Source of the DNA: Hyphochytrium catenoides
Lineage: Eukaryota; Protista; Hyphochytriomycota
Assembly: GCA_900088475.1 (NCBI GenBank)
Contig: FLMG01000600.1
Location: forward strand, 1 to 64,000
Direction: 5' to 3'
DNA: 64,000 nucleotides
Positions within the stretch are counted from its first letter, which is position 1. Every line of letters starts with the position of its first letter. Shown piece after piece: positions 12,756 to 24,629 of this stretch. The translations under genes were made by a program, and so were the position numbers. The notes below the pieces were generated by a model. The model was not told the origin of the DNA, did not search any database, and saw only the letters and a list, made by a program, of their open reading frames with translations.

Positions 12756-15274
12756 ATGACGATGCTTCTGGAAGTGGGTGGTCCGACGTCCGAGCTTGCC
12801 GACTCGGACTTGAAGCGACTGCTGATACAAGCGTTGGAGAAGCTTGGAGATCGCCAAAGGGTGATGATCGTGCCCCCAGATTTCACCAGATTCCATTCGT
12901 AGGTTGATATCTCGTGATGCACAGTCCTCCATACCCCTTAAGTTGTCCTTTCAGGAAAGCTGGGGAGCTGACCAAGTTTGCCTATGAGTTTTATGGGGAT
13001 GCTGTGAAAGACATCATGCCAGCGCTTGGAACGCATAAAGCTATGAGTGAAGGGCAACTGTCAAAGGTGAGAGTGCATTTTTTACCTTCGAACCTCAGCA
13101 CTTGACCTCTACGACCCTGTTAAAGATGTTCCAGGGCATCCCGCACTCCCTTTTCAGGATCCATGACTGGCGGTAAGAGTGACCGTGTTAGAGCTTTCGA
13201 ACTATCTGATTCTGTGACCTTTTCACCATGTCTTCTTAACCTTCTCCGGTCAGGAACGATGTGGTGACAATCGGGCATGTACCCGTCGAGATGGTAGAGC
13301 GCGCCAGCGATGGGAAGGTTAAAGAGTCCTGGCCGGCACAAGTGAACAAATTGGTAGGCTAGGTCAGGGAACTCTTCGGGTTACTCTCCCATTCTGACAT
13401 GCGGTTCGGCAAAATCGCAGCTGTGGAACGGTGGGCACGACCTCATTCTCTCCATTGGCCAGGTACTCAGGGCTATCACTGAATCGGGAGAGAAGCTATC
13501 GGTTCATTCATTTCCCATCATCCTCAGGTTGTTCCACATGAGGTGATGGGCATGGCGAACTACAATAAGAACATCTTCGTTGGCATCGGTGCGGATGACC
13601 TTTCTTCCTTCCTCTTCTGACATCCTCACCATCATTCCCATCGATTGACCTCAGCTCACCTTCCTTGAACCTCTCTCTCGATCTCTTTCTCTTCTCTAAT
13701 AATATCCCTTCACGGACAGGTGGGAGTGAGGCTATTAATTTCTCCCACTTCATTGGCGCTGTATATGGCATGGAGAGGATGATGGGTAGGACATGCTGCT
13801 GGTGATGGCTCCTGTGTCCCTCAAATAACACTTCCAGGCACCTGCAGGCAGGTCCAACAACCCCCTCCGCCAGATATTGAACTATGCCTCTGACCATTTC
13901 CTGGCGGAGAAGCCCGTTGTGTATCTGCAAACAGTCATAGCACGCAGGTAGTAAGAGATCATCGTCCCACTGTACTTCACCACAATGACAGATCTGAATC
14001 TTAGGGCCGACGGCAAGCTTGTTACCCGCGGTCTTTTCGTTGGCGACGACAGTGAATGCTTTGAAAAAGCAGCCGCTTTGTCTCTCCAAGTCAATTTCAC
14101 TATGTTAGAGGCGCCATTAAGGAAGGTTGTCACGGCCGCGGGCCTCCTATTCTTCGCTGGTAGCCCTGGTTCCTTTGACACCGACTTGTTGTAGGTAGTG
14201 GTCTATCTGGATCCGGAAGAATTCCATTCGACATGGCTGGGTAACAAGAGCATCTACCGTACTAGAATGGCCATCGAAGATGACGGAGAGCTCGTTGTCC
14301 TGGCTCCAGGGGTTCAGATGTTTGGCGAGGTAAAATGATGCACCCATCAACAATCTGCCCGTCCATTTAGCGCTTTCTCCTGTATATGTTTAGGATGACC
14401 AGATAGATGCCTTAATCCGAAAGTATGGTTACCGATCAACGCCGGTAAGTAAGCGTGCAGTGCATGCGTAAATTGGCCACCCAAAAACAATCTCAAGAGC
14501 ACTTATTTCAAGTGTCTGCTGTTTGAATATACTCCTCTGTGCGTCGCATCATCTACTTTGGCCTTCTTCCATGATCTGAACGAATGGCATTCCTTGCGCT
14601 CGGGTTGGTCCTCATCCCTCTCTTGCGCAACCTGTTCTGTGTTTTTAGGAAGTTTTAGAGTTCCTCCGACAGAACCGTGATCTGAGCAAAAATCTTAGCG
14701 CCGCTGCACACCTTATCCATGGCTCTTCCGAAGGTCGGTTTCGCATTACCTACTGTCCAGGCCACCTTTCAAGAGACGAGATAGAAAGTGTTGGCTATGT
14801 CTACGCACCGCTTACCGAGATGTTTAAAAAATACAATCCTGAGGTATGTGACACGTCTTCTAAATGTTAGGAGCGACATCAGGACCAACAATTAATCCAA
14901 TTGCAGACTTTAAATGATGGTTTGAACATTGTGGAAGGCGAGGAGGTATTCTTCATCTCCAACCCGGCTATTGGCCTGTGGGCTTTCCGTGGCCGTTTCA
15001 ACGACAGGTGAGACATAAATCTCATTTCATAGCAGGCTAGACCGATGCAAATAGCTCACACGGAGTCTTGTTTAGTGATAAGCCCAATCCGAGCCAAACG
15101 GCCGCAGCCTCAGCTGAGGCAGAGTTCTCTTCACCCAACAATCGAACAAACTTCAAGCGCAACTCAGTGGCACAAGAAAACCTTGACCGTGGCGTCGGAG
15201 GAGGGCCTTTCAGACTCATGGATGAGGAAGCAGAGCCTCGGTCATCAAAGCGCAAGAAAGCTGATAAGAAGTAA
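12756..15274 (+). CDS. LarA-superfamily (lactate racemase/DUF2088) protein, most like sugar-acid (gluconate/mannonate) 2-epimerases; ~13 introns
   Basis: The spliced product reads ...PPDFTRFHSKAG...MPALGTH...HDWRNDVVTIGHVP...SIGQVVPHEVMGMANYNKNIFVGIGG...INFSHFIGAVYGMERMMGR...STWLGNKSIYRTRMAI...AAAHLIHGSSEGRF...FFISNPAIGLWA. The end is either the stop at 15009-15011 or, after intron 15008-15075, the stop at 15274. Confidence 0.9.
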
Positions 15275-15512
15275 CAGTCCTCCCTCAGGCGTTACAATGA
15301 TAAGCATTCGAATGATTCATCGGTATCTCCTAACAGGTGACACATCGTTATTGGGTGCTTAGGGTTATTTCCTACGCCTCCATCCACAGCGGAGGCCACG
15401 ACACAGTTATAAACATACATTCAACAGAATAAGGGAACTCTCAATGCCGTCTTCTTTGTCTAATTGCTATTACGTGTCCGCATTTCAGGCCAGGTTAATC
15501 TAAGAGGAGGCT

Positions 15513-18500
15513 TTATGTTGCCTTCTTCTGATAATTGACCAGGCAGACCTTTGCTGGAGCTCCAGCACTAGCTAGTGTCCTTAGCCAATGGATCTGCCTC
15601 CAGGAAAGCCGGTCATTCTGTCCCTTGACCTCCACGAACATAGCCTCCCACTGCAAGGAGGTCACAAGTTCTTCGCACACTCTTACTTCTAGCTCCACCT
15701 TTTTGTGCTGCGATTCCCCTTCATTCCCGACTAAGGGCTTGAGCGTTCTCTCTGCGCAATGTTCCGCGTCCTGAGAGAAGAAAACAGGCAGAGCGGCCGT
15801 TGGGATGCCCTCACAACAGTCGAATTGAATGACTGAAACCCCTTCTTCAAGTGGTGCGCCGTTCTTTACTCGCATCATCAAGAGGTCAGGCAAACCGGCC
15901 GACAAAGTCACGTAGTCCATGGCCATCTCTTTCAGTAGTCGAGCGAGAACTTCACCTCCTAGGCATGCAGCCACACACAGCATCTCCCGAGGATCTATGC
16001 TCTCCCAACCTAGACCGAGGCACCGTTCGCCAAAGTGGCTCCTCATGACACATAATGTCTGTTGCATGAGGGCATAGGGAGACATTCTAGACAGAAGCTG
16101 CACCTTCTCGTCAATGACTCGCCGCCGCTTAAGATAGAATGACATACCGTCGTAGATGTCGAGAGGTGTGTTCTGGAAGGGCGTTTGAAAAACGTCAGGG
16201 ACCTCACTAAAAATCTCATCCCAGAGCAGCAACCAAAAGAGATGTCGAAGGTGCCTGCCCTCGCAGTGCAGACCGTACCAGCTCCCCTCCTTATGGAAGT
16301 GCTGGATGACAAGCTTTTCCACTGTGCAGTTTACTGAGTTGTCAAAGCCAGCATAGAGATTTTTTTGTCCCACCTTGGCAGAGATGGGACGACCTTCAAT
16401 GCTGATAACTTCCACTCCTAGCCCTGCATGAACCTCAAAACCGTTTTCTGCGGACTCTACAAGACTTGAAGTGCTTCTTCGCGGGAGAGAGGTGGGAGAT
16501 ATATCGCAATACAGCCCATTACCTTCCCCTTTGTACTCCGGCAAGCTCTGGGAGGAGCTATCAAACGCTTCAAGGTCCCGCGGTCTGCTCGAGCTCAGGA
16601 GCTTCCATATGAATTTGCCTAGAGGGGTCAGCTCTGGATTGGTCTCATTATTCTTTTTGTGAAGACGCTGGTACCGACACCAGAGCTCGGCTCGGGAGCA
16701 CTGCGGAAGGGAGAGGTCCTGGATTGCAAGGAGACAGATATCCCTGCTCTCGGCTGACAGCTTCAGGTGTTGAAGATTCACGGAGAGGCGAATATAGTGG
16801 TCGCCTCGAGCCTCTCCAGAATGGTATGGTCCCATCAGTAGAGAAACTATTAAGCATACCGCTTGCACGTACTCCCGCTTGCGCTCTAGGTAAGGTAGAG
16901 CATCTTTGAGGACCGCAGCAATCTGGTAAGCCGCGCTGAAGCGATCAAAGAAGCTACTGACACCAGGTGAAGAAACGTTTTCTGAGCTGCCCATTTGGAT
17001 GGCTAGATCGCGCAGCTCTCTAGGGCGAGCACTTGAAGCTTCAAAGAAAGTATACAGATGGTAAAGACGCGATGCTTCTTGAACAGCGCCAAGGAGGTCA
17101 TCTTCGTCCACTGCCTCCCCGTCGTTCGGCAACGCAGGCAGGCTGCCAAACCCCTTGACGACATCACTGAATTCCCATATCTGGAGTCCGTCCTGTAACG
17201 ATTTATGAATCAGAGCCGCCATTAGCTGTAGTGTTGGGTGCAGGGAACGCTTCGCCGGCGTGGGTGTATGCCATTCATCTATCAGAGACATGATCTCTGT
17301 AGCAGGGTCCGCTGTTGCCTCAGTGCAACTATTTTCTCTTTTACACGCTCTCGTCGTCGTGTTCTTCGTCGCCAAGATGATCCTCTCTTCCACAGCAGCC
17401 GAAAACTGGCTCCTGAGTTCAATGGCCAGCTCGTAGCAGACGAAATGAACTCGGGAAGGGAAAATAGCGGTCGACTGTTGGCAAGTGTACTGCGGATACC
17501 TTTTGTACGAAGAAGTTAACCGGTGGTCGAGAATCCACTGAGTTAAAAGTGTACGTACCTAAGCTTGCCAAAGGCGCTGAGGAGTCCGGGCCAAAAGGGA
17601 GCGCCACCGTGGGAATGAGCACAATAAAGAAGAGATGTAGCCTCCACCTGACCATCACCTATCTTGGAGGCTCCTGAGGCCTCTCCTGCAGTTGCTGTGG
17701 GACTTTGACTCATCAAGAGATTGGAGGAGGACAAATAAAATAGTCTGAATATTCGCTTGAACAGTAAAGCAGGGCCATCCGTCAGCCGCACCATCAGTAG
17801 CTGATCTTCCACATCAAACTCTTCCTTTTGGGATGACGCCTTCCGCAACATTGTTTTGATGCGGAAGGCCAGTGGCAGGCATCTGCCATTAATCTGCCGC
17901 TGCTGAAGGCACAGGGTCTTCAGTGTTTCTAGGCAATCACCCTTTGTATTCACACTTGACTTTGAGCTGCTGGTCCTTGGTCTGAAGTGGCCAAGCAAAG
18001 TCTGCAGTTCCTTATGCTGCAGCTGCTCAAGCACCTCAAAGAGATCTGAGAAAGAGGCTTTAGAATATGGAGGGCCAGCGGGCTCATTTAACCCCCGCAA
18101 AAATCCACCGTCGACCAAAATCTGCAATACTTTCGCCAAGTCGCCAAGGCTGCAGGTATCCTGCAAATAACTTCCTCAGAGAGCAGCGGCGCGCATAAGG
18201 TTAGCCAACACTGTGTAGTCATCTCTAAAGGCAGAGGATCTCACTTTCTTAGCTCAAGGCTTCGGAACCATGGGCCCTTCCGCTGAAGTAAGCGGGCATA
18301 TACAGACCTGACGTCCTCCAAGTACGACAGGAGACGCTGAACGTTGTCCTGCTCTTCTGAGGTGAACAGCAATCTATAGTCATCTCTGAACAAAACTCGC
18401 TCCAGCACTAGAGTCAAATGTTTCGCATAAGCGCAGGTTCTTTTACTCCCTGCCTGCTCTTCCCGGAATGAACGGAATGGTAATTGTCCGTCGCCAGGCA

Positions 18501-18900
18501 AGGGCTCCTCAGCTCCTGAGTCTTCCGAGCTGCATAAGTCTATGGTGTCTCCTGAATGGTGAAGTCGACATGACTCCTGTCCTCCGGGTTCACTCTGTCG
18601 CAAATCGGATTGCCCCCGGTCCCTTCGCTCCTGCGGTCCCTTTTTTGAAGGGTGAAGATGCTTCGTCAAAGCCGACTCATGTGTCTGCAACCGCCGCTTG
18701 AGCTTCAGCTTTGAGGACCTAGTGGGGACTGACGGGTTCACAATCACATCTGCCTGCCATGGACTAGTGATCAGACAAACCACTGTTGATTCTTTTGGTT
18801 TCGCCTGATCCGCAGTACTCTCGCTCATCTGTATAGAGATGATAATTGGGATAGTACCTGGGGCATTTGTCTGCGGCACATCCCTGGCTGTCTGCGGCAC
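15513..18900 (-). CDS. FAN1: Fanconi-associated nuclease 1 (VRR-NUC domain); multi-exon, 5' end uncertain
   Basis: YARLLQRKGPWFR, GLHCEG..LFWLLLWDEIF, VPDVFQTPFQNTPLD, SAGLPDLL and FVEVKGQNDRLSWRQIHWL are diagnostic FAN1/VRR-NUC motifs. They lie in ORFs 18241-18900, 17543-18166 and 15513-17393. Confidence 0.92.
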
Positions 18901-18916
18901 ATCCCTGGCTGTCTGC
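18869..18916 (+). repeat. 21-bp tandem repeat (about 2.3 copies)
   Basis: gtctgcggcacatccctggct gtctgcggcacatccctggct gtctgc. Confidence 0.85.
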
Positions 18917-20877
18917 TAAAGAAGATGTCTTTATAAAGCAAGCTTCAATAAGAGGAGGCTACTCGTACTGGACAAAGGAAATGAAGATGCGAACTGGATC
19001 TTAGACCCAGTACAGTGTACCAGCTGAAGGAGGCAGCAGAGTGAATGTCATTAGGAGATAGAGCTCGGCGTTAGCAGCCACTCTAGACTGGCATTGACAG
19101 CTACTGCAATCTCCTTTTTTAGGAAAAAGGTCAAACCAAGAGCTCGGATAGAACTAAAGGTTCTATCGCTACGGCACAAACTGGCGGATGACATGAGCAC
19201 TTTTATGCTGACCGCTGCAGGATTGAGGCTCTGCTCATACGTCAAGCTGCGCCTTTTATAGAACGGTGCGGTGAGAGGAGGGGTCAAAGTGAAGAGGGGT
19301 TAACGTGAAGAGTCCTGAGTTGAAGAGTCCTGATGTTGTGCTGCAGTTCTTTATTCGTTAGCGGCGCGCTTGCTTCGTAACTTCGCCACTGTGTATGGCC
19401 GGTCTCCCTACCCTTGCGTTAGCTCACCGCTGATGTGCCACCAGTTTTTAGCTCACCATCATCTCTTCCTGGGTTTAAGAACGTGGTCCTTTATGTTGTG
19501 GTTAGATATCAATAGGCGATCGTAGAAAGCATCATCATGCCCTAGTTAGACAACAGAGAGAGAAGAAGCGATACATGGAGAGACGCGAGATCAGTTATGG
19601 ACGACAGCTGGGTCTGCCGTACCATAGAGAGCCTAGCCTACCCACATGATGACCAACACCAGTACTACTGCCGCCATTGGGGAATAAAGGGGCGGCCTCA
19701 CTGGAAGCCACAGCCACGCCACCATACAATCATGAAAGAAATGAGAAATTGAAAGAGGCTCCAGGGCTGTCAAAGTTCTGGTGCCTATTGTCCCAGCTCT
19801 TGTCACGATATAAGCGAGTGACCAAGTAGACGAGACGACCAGCCTCAGTACAGCAAGACTCTCGATGCCAACGCGACACCTAATGAACAGGTTCTATTAT
19901 TGGGGAAGGTAGTTGGAAAGAATAGGGCCCTACAACGCAGGAAGCTATCATCTGGTCAAACTATCATCTCGTTAGCAGACACCACGACCCAATGACGCTT
20001 TGGCAGCTGGACTGAATCTGAGCCGTCCACTCTTTTCTTGACGTGAGCCTTGAAGTCAACTGTGCTGATTGGCCTGCAACGAACCTCGCTTGTGATTGCC
20101 TTCTTATGGCAATCTACCAACGTTCAAAGCTTCTGATTCCTACCCATGTTCATAATCACTGGCTTGAGGGCTTACAACTTGCGTTTTCCGCTGTACCCTC
20201 TTCTCAGCGCAAGCTATTCTCACTCTCTCGTGGCAAGTGGTGTAAAGGACAAAGAGGCTGCGCAATGAAGAGCAAACCGCTTCGTCCCTTCGAGGCTACC
20301 TTGCAGGAGCTCGCAACAGTAACAACTCTGAGAGCCAGCCCAGAGGAGGCTTCCTCTTTAGGCGTCGCTCCCTTCCGAGAATAGAGTTAGCCAGTCAACC
20401 TGGCTAAGCCATCACGTTAAAATTTGAGTGAGGTTTGCCATCATGAAACCTTGTGAGCCGGAGTTACCAAGGAGTGAAAGATCCCTGACAACCTTATAGC
20501 AGCAACCATTCTGGAGGCTTGACAGGCGATGGTTAAGTACTCCTTCCTACACATAGACAGTGGCTAATAATGACACGGGAGCTGAGAATGTTTGGAGGGA
20601 TGAAAGGACTCTTCGAGTTAGGTTTATTTATAATAATAAGATGACAGTAACAAAAGGTGGAAAGTAACACTTAGAAAATACAGTCAGTTGAAGGGCTGTG
20701 GCAGTACCCTCGTCGTTGATCTAGAGCCAAGTAGACCGTTCGGCATTTACAAGGCGTACGACACCAGGACTACTCGGCAGACCATTCATCAAAGCTTGGT
20801 CGCCTTGGTCCATGATGGGATGAGACCTTTTCCGCAGTCCGGCCCATATTATGGGCTAGTCATAGACGTAGGCCCTT

Positions 20878-21147
20878 CTAATGAGTAGTGGTTGCTTGGC
20901 AATGGCTTGTTGAAGCTTGGCCCGTCTGCCATGCCTCTAGTAGGTACTCTCCAGTGAGCATTTTCAGTAAAACTCTAAAGATCCCTTGAGATTTCTTTGA
21001 TTTCTTCTTCTGGACGTCCTTGCCAGTAGTGTCAGATGCTTTGGAATGTAGCGCTATCGTTGAAGATTCTTCTTGGAGGTACTGATAGTAACCTACGGCG
21101 GCTACGATGAGGGAAATGAACAGCAGAATGTAGCGCAAGGGGCACAT
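20878..21147 (-). CDS. Small single-pass membrane protein of the conserved 'MCPLR' family (plant/algal, unknown function)
   Basis: MCPLRYILLFISLIVAAVGYY (hydrophobic N-terminus) and C-terminal LLKMLTGEYL. Single exon, 89 aa. Confidence 0.7.
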   Translation of the reverse strand: MCPLRYILLFISLIVAAVGYYQYLQEESSTIALHSKASDTTGKDVQKKKSKKSQGIFRVLLKMLTGEYLLEAWQTGQASTSHCQATTTH

Positions 21148-22633
21148 GATTCTGGACGCGCCGCTGGGTACCGAGTTGTAGATGGCCCTATCAGTTCTGC
21201 ACAATTTGGCTTCTCGGCGCTATGGCTGGTCGGTCTTTTCGTCGCGATGTAAAGGCTCCAGAGAAAATGCTTGTTTCGGGGCTGGACGAGGTTGAGAAAG
21301 CTACTTTGTAGAATCAATCGCTTCTGAGAGTGAGAAGCTTTGCTGGAGTGAAGGCCTAGGAGTCGCCACAGAGGTTTGACTGGCAAAGATGGAAATGATC
21401 TGTAAACGAAGCTCTCGCCCTGGCTTGCACCTTCACATCATGAGCTGTCAGCACAGACAAGCTGACAACAAGCTGCAGACTGAGCTGGAAGTGGAGCTTT
21501 CACTAATAATCTTTCCCCAGTTCCAAGGAACCCGACAGTTCTGTTGCGTCGTATGTCACCACAGCCTCGCTGTTTATTGTGTGTCCTCTATCGTTCTATG
21601 CGTTGTACAAACTGCATGACTGGCCAACTGGAAGTGGGACTTGACAGCTTTGTCTGCATAATGTGCACCAAAGTACGGTCCGACGTACGAACACCAAAGC
21701 CAAGCCTTACCCTTGCTAGTTATGCTAGTGGACGGTCTACTACGCACACGATGGATGCAGACAAGAACCAAGGACTCTTATTCCTTGGCCAGGATGGATG
21801 GGTCTTTCATTCCTTCCCGTGATTTATCGTTCTCTATCCCACACGTCTGTTGGTGTCATTATTCTTGTGTGCTCTGAGAGATGAGGTGAGGGAGGAGAGA
21901 GGCCAAGGCAGGCTCTGGCGGTAGAACAACTTGGACCCAGTCAAGCCAATCAGCACCTAGAACTGAAACTGCAAATGTAAGGCAGGAGGTAAAGGCTTTG
22001 TTCGTCATAAGTAACTAAAAATAAGGCGTAGGTTCGTACTCGCTGTACAAACTTGTACCTCTTATTTGTACTTGTAGAGAGAGGGAGTGGTCAGATGAGG
22101 GCCAAAGAACGGAAACTTTATCTTTTTACTGGACCTCCTTATGCTCTCTCTTATTGTAGAGACTGCATGCTGTGAGGAAGGATGCGAGGGTCACACACAT
22201 GAGCTACAACGTAGCACGCTGCTCTCAATCCGCTTTAGCCGTTATAGATTTTTTAGTCGTAGACTAGGAGGCTCTCGGCGTGAGGAAGTATTTGGTTTTG
22301 CATCCTCTGCACCCACCATCATCCATAGAGAGAGCTGGTTTCCGACTACCTGCTAGCGCATTCTACTGTGACCATCAACCACACCTAAAGCTATCTAAAG
22401 AGGCTCCTAACCCTATTACCTGACTTTCTGATCCAAGCACTATTACGGACATCTCCGCCCGCTGATTATGTAGACGAATTGCATCAGGCGACAATGAGGT
22501 ACCAAGAGGAAGCTAGCAACGCCAATAGCAGGACGAATATCTACTAATAATAATGTTTGATTTGCGTAGCATTAACTCTCCGCCCACCCTGGCACAATAA
22601 CAAAGCAGCAGCCAAAAGTCACAGGAGGCGTGC

Positions 22634-23732
22634 CTATCCAGGGGGAAGATGAGCATCATCAATGTCGTTGTCTTCCATTATCGTTTTGGTAGCGCCTTCC
22701 ATTGACTGCTCCCCACGCTTGATGTTCCCCGCGCTTTTGCTATAGGGTGAGATGGATGATGGTTGGTTACTCAATACCATCTAAAAGACGTCAAGACACA
22801 CCCACCTCTTTGCCATAGCAATCACACCGCTTCTGTGGATCTCTATGATCCCGTAGGGTTTCAAGAGGTCAATTAGTGACTCTATTCGCTCTGGTACACC
22901 AGCCAGTTGCACCATCATCTGCCAGGCCTCCGAGTGAGCCAACATTCCCGTAAGCAATGTATTCCGTTTCCTTCCTCACCTGCTCGGGTCGAACGTTGAT
23001 GATCTTAGCTTCAAAGAGGTTCGCCAGCTCTATAATTTCTGCTCTTGCATTTGGTGCTTTTCCATGGCGCACGGTATGAGACTTAGAACCACCAGATTTT
23101 GTAGCATTTTGTACAGTACCTGCCGTTGAAACCTTCGCCAACATCAAGTCCCTCTCCACAAAGCTATCTCTGGAACCATCTGGATCCGTAAGAATGTTTA
23201 CCACAGCTACGTGAACCACATCTTCAAGCTGCTTCTTCATCTACACCGTACATTGGTCAGCCATGCTGGTCCAGTATGCTGAGATGCCTGTTCTAATTCA
23301 CGCATACCTGTTCGACCCGATCATTTGTCCCATGCATAACCACAGTCATTCGAGATAACTCTGGTACCTCCGTCTGTCCGACAACTAGGCTGTCAATGTT
23401 ATAGCCTTGGGGCGTGGCAACCAATTAGACAACCGTTTGCTGTGATTGCAAGCTGGACACTTACCTCTAGCGGCAAAGAGGTTGGCTATCTGGGCCAAGC
23501 AACCTGGCTGATTAACGACCAACGCAGCTATAATATGCCTTCTTACTCGGTTTGAGTCATCCCTGTAGTACCTGCGACTACCTAAACCTGCGGTGATGGG
23601 TTGCAACGGGAATTTTGAAGGTTCGTTCAATCTTGCTTTGACCCCTGAGCCAAGCTGGCGAGCTCCCTTCGGAAGGGAGCTTCTCAGCCCCAGCGCGCCA
23701 AAGCGCAAAGCGGTCTTCCACCCAGACGCCAT
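22634..23732 (-). CDS. ilvH: Acetolactate synthase small (regulatory, ACT-domain) subunit, ILV6/IlvH-like, with an organellar-type N-terminal extension; multi-exon
   Basis: RHIIAALVVNQPGCLAQIANLFAARG|YNIDSLVVGQTEVPELSRMTVV, KQLEDVVHV, FVERDLMLAKV, ELANLFEAKII, ERIESLIDLLKPYGIIEIHRSGVIAM, ending DAHLPPG*. The N-terminus is Arg/Ser/Leu-rich. Confidence 0.93.
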
Positions 23733-24629
23733 CTTGGAGACTGAGATTGATCAATCTTTAGCTTCTGATCTTCTCATGCTTGCAAAACCTTTGAGGGCCG
23801 ACTCATAGTGGAGAAGGGTGAAGGTCAACAACTCGCAGCCGCTAGAAATTCTTGAACTTGCGGAGGAGCTTCAACCGTGACAGTGATAATAAGGCCCTTT
23901 AGTTCTATTCTCCAAAACCCTGAATGGTGAAGAGATGCTGGTATCAGTATCAGGGTTTCAAGATCAGATCCGCCCGGAATCCAGTAACCAGCGGCAATAT
24001 AGCCGTTAGCGGCCAGGTCCAGGTAACGGGTAAGTAGATTCAAACCTTGTACTCGTACAGAGAGTCCTTGTGTTCTTGTCTTCTCGCTTGTCATGAATTA
24101 TGAAGCTGGCCGAACGTGTGATGAGGGGAAACAGAGGCGGATGGCAGATCATCGGTAACCTTTAGATGACGGCGAGGCCTGACCTATGATCCTCCAGGGA
24201 GAACTACTCTATTTTCTTTCAGACTTCTGTCTGGGAAACTCTTTCTTTCCAGCAGAGCATCAACATACCTTGTCTGACAAAAGCTGTCTGGAAGAGGGCA
24301 CGGCATTACTGCCAGTTTCCCATTGCGTCACTTGGATAATATAGCTGGACTCCTCACTTCGCGCTCGTCAGTTGGCAAGTTGGAGTTCCAATCTTTATAG
24401 GCCATTTGTATACTTTCTCCTTACGGCCGAAGCCCGGCCAGATGACACTATAGTTCCATACCTACACGACCATTTGCGCCAATATTCTAGACAACCACCT
24501 TACGGTCATCCATAGCCGGAAGACGTGATTGCATGCCGCATGAGCGTATATCGCCTCGTAGAGAGTTGCCAAACGTCGCAGTAGGTCTCTTACGGAAGCG
24601 TGTGAAAATCATCATACATCCTTAGCGCT

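Noticed and set aside
13508-14181. Minus-strand ORFs of 193 and 99 aa
   Set aside because: They lie antisense to exons and introns of the LarA-family gene and show no recognisable motifs.
19051-20888. Short ORFs between FAN1 and the MCPLR gene (e.g. 20043-20384) and a 13-bp duplication at ~19306-19333
   Set aside because: No recognisable domains or consistent splice structure. The region is treated as intergenic or a possible FAN1 5' region.
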